Shown in pieces: positions 63,853-64,000 of a stretch of 64,000 nucleotides of DNA. A program made the position numbers and the translations under genes. The DNA is from Schmidtea polychroa. Taxonomy: Eukaryota. The stretch is taken from positions 11,098,001 through 11,162,000 of the forward strand of contig CM097886.1 of NCBI GenBank assembly GCA_044892525.1. Direction: 5' to 3'. Position 1 is the first letter of the stretch. Every line of letters begins with the position of its first letter. The notes beneath the pieces were generated by a model. The model was not told where the DNA came from. It saw only the letters and a program-made list of their open reading frames with translations, and made no database searches.

Positions 63853-64000
63853 ATACGTTTATATAATTGTATTGAAGAATGGAAATTTGTATAAATGATA
63901 TTTTTGTAATTTAACTTATCTTTATATTGATTTATTAGAAAGCCTACCAGACTGGTTACACGAAATTTTAGAATTTAAAGTTTGTTAAAATATAGATCCG

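Overview
AT-rich eukaryotic (metazoan) DNA with several N gaps. The short 41-74 nt introns would fit a planarian-like host, but the species cannot be fixed from sequence alone. The window is a nested pile of mobile elements around one intact host gene (MCFD2-like, 28331-28883). It holds a Buster/SPIN-type hAT (TIR plus 8-bp TSD) interrupted by a solo LTR, a Blackjack-like hAT fragment, two BEL/Pao fragments, Gypsy remnants with two different glycoprotein-like genes, and many Polinton/Maverick pieces (pPolB, integrase, protease, penton, PW, MCP, TBP-like) with about ten AGTAG-type termini. Top leads: (1) an ORF fusing a Bcl-2 fold to a chuvirus-type glycoprotein, with a textbook minimal hammerhead ribozyme just upstream on the opposite strand; (2) a 15.7-kb Polinton-ended element (near-perfect 6-bp TSD) that lacks recognisable polB, integrase and capsid genes but carries Bcl-2 and IAP-type RING cargo and AP-1-site-packed TIRs; (3) a ubiquitin domain at the N-terminus of a BEL Gag; (4) two captured host-gene fragments (PSMA6, RNF115/126) that share the same upstream hairpin. 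All protein calls come from motif recognition by eye; no searches were run.
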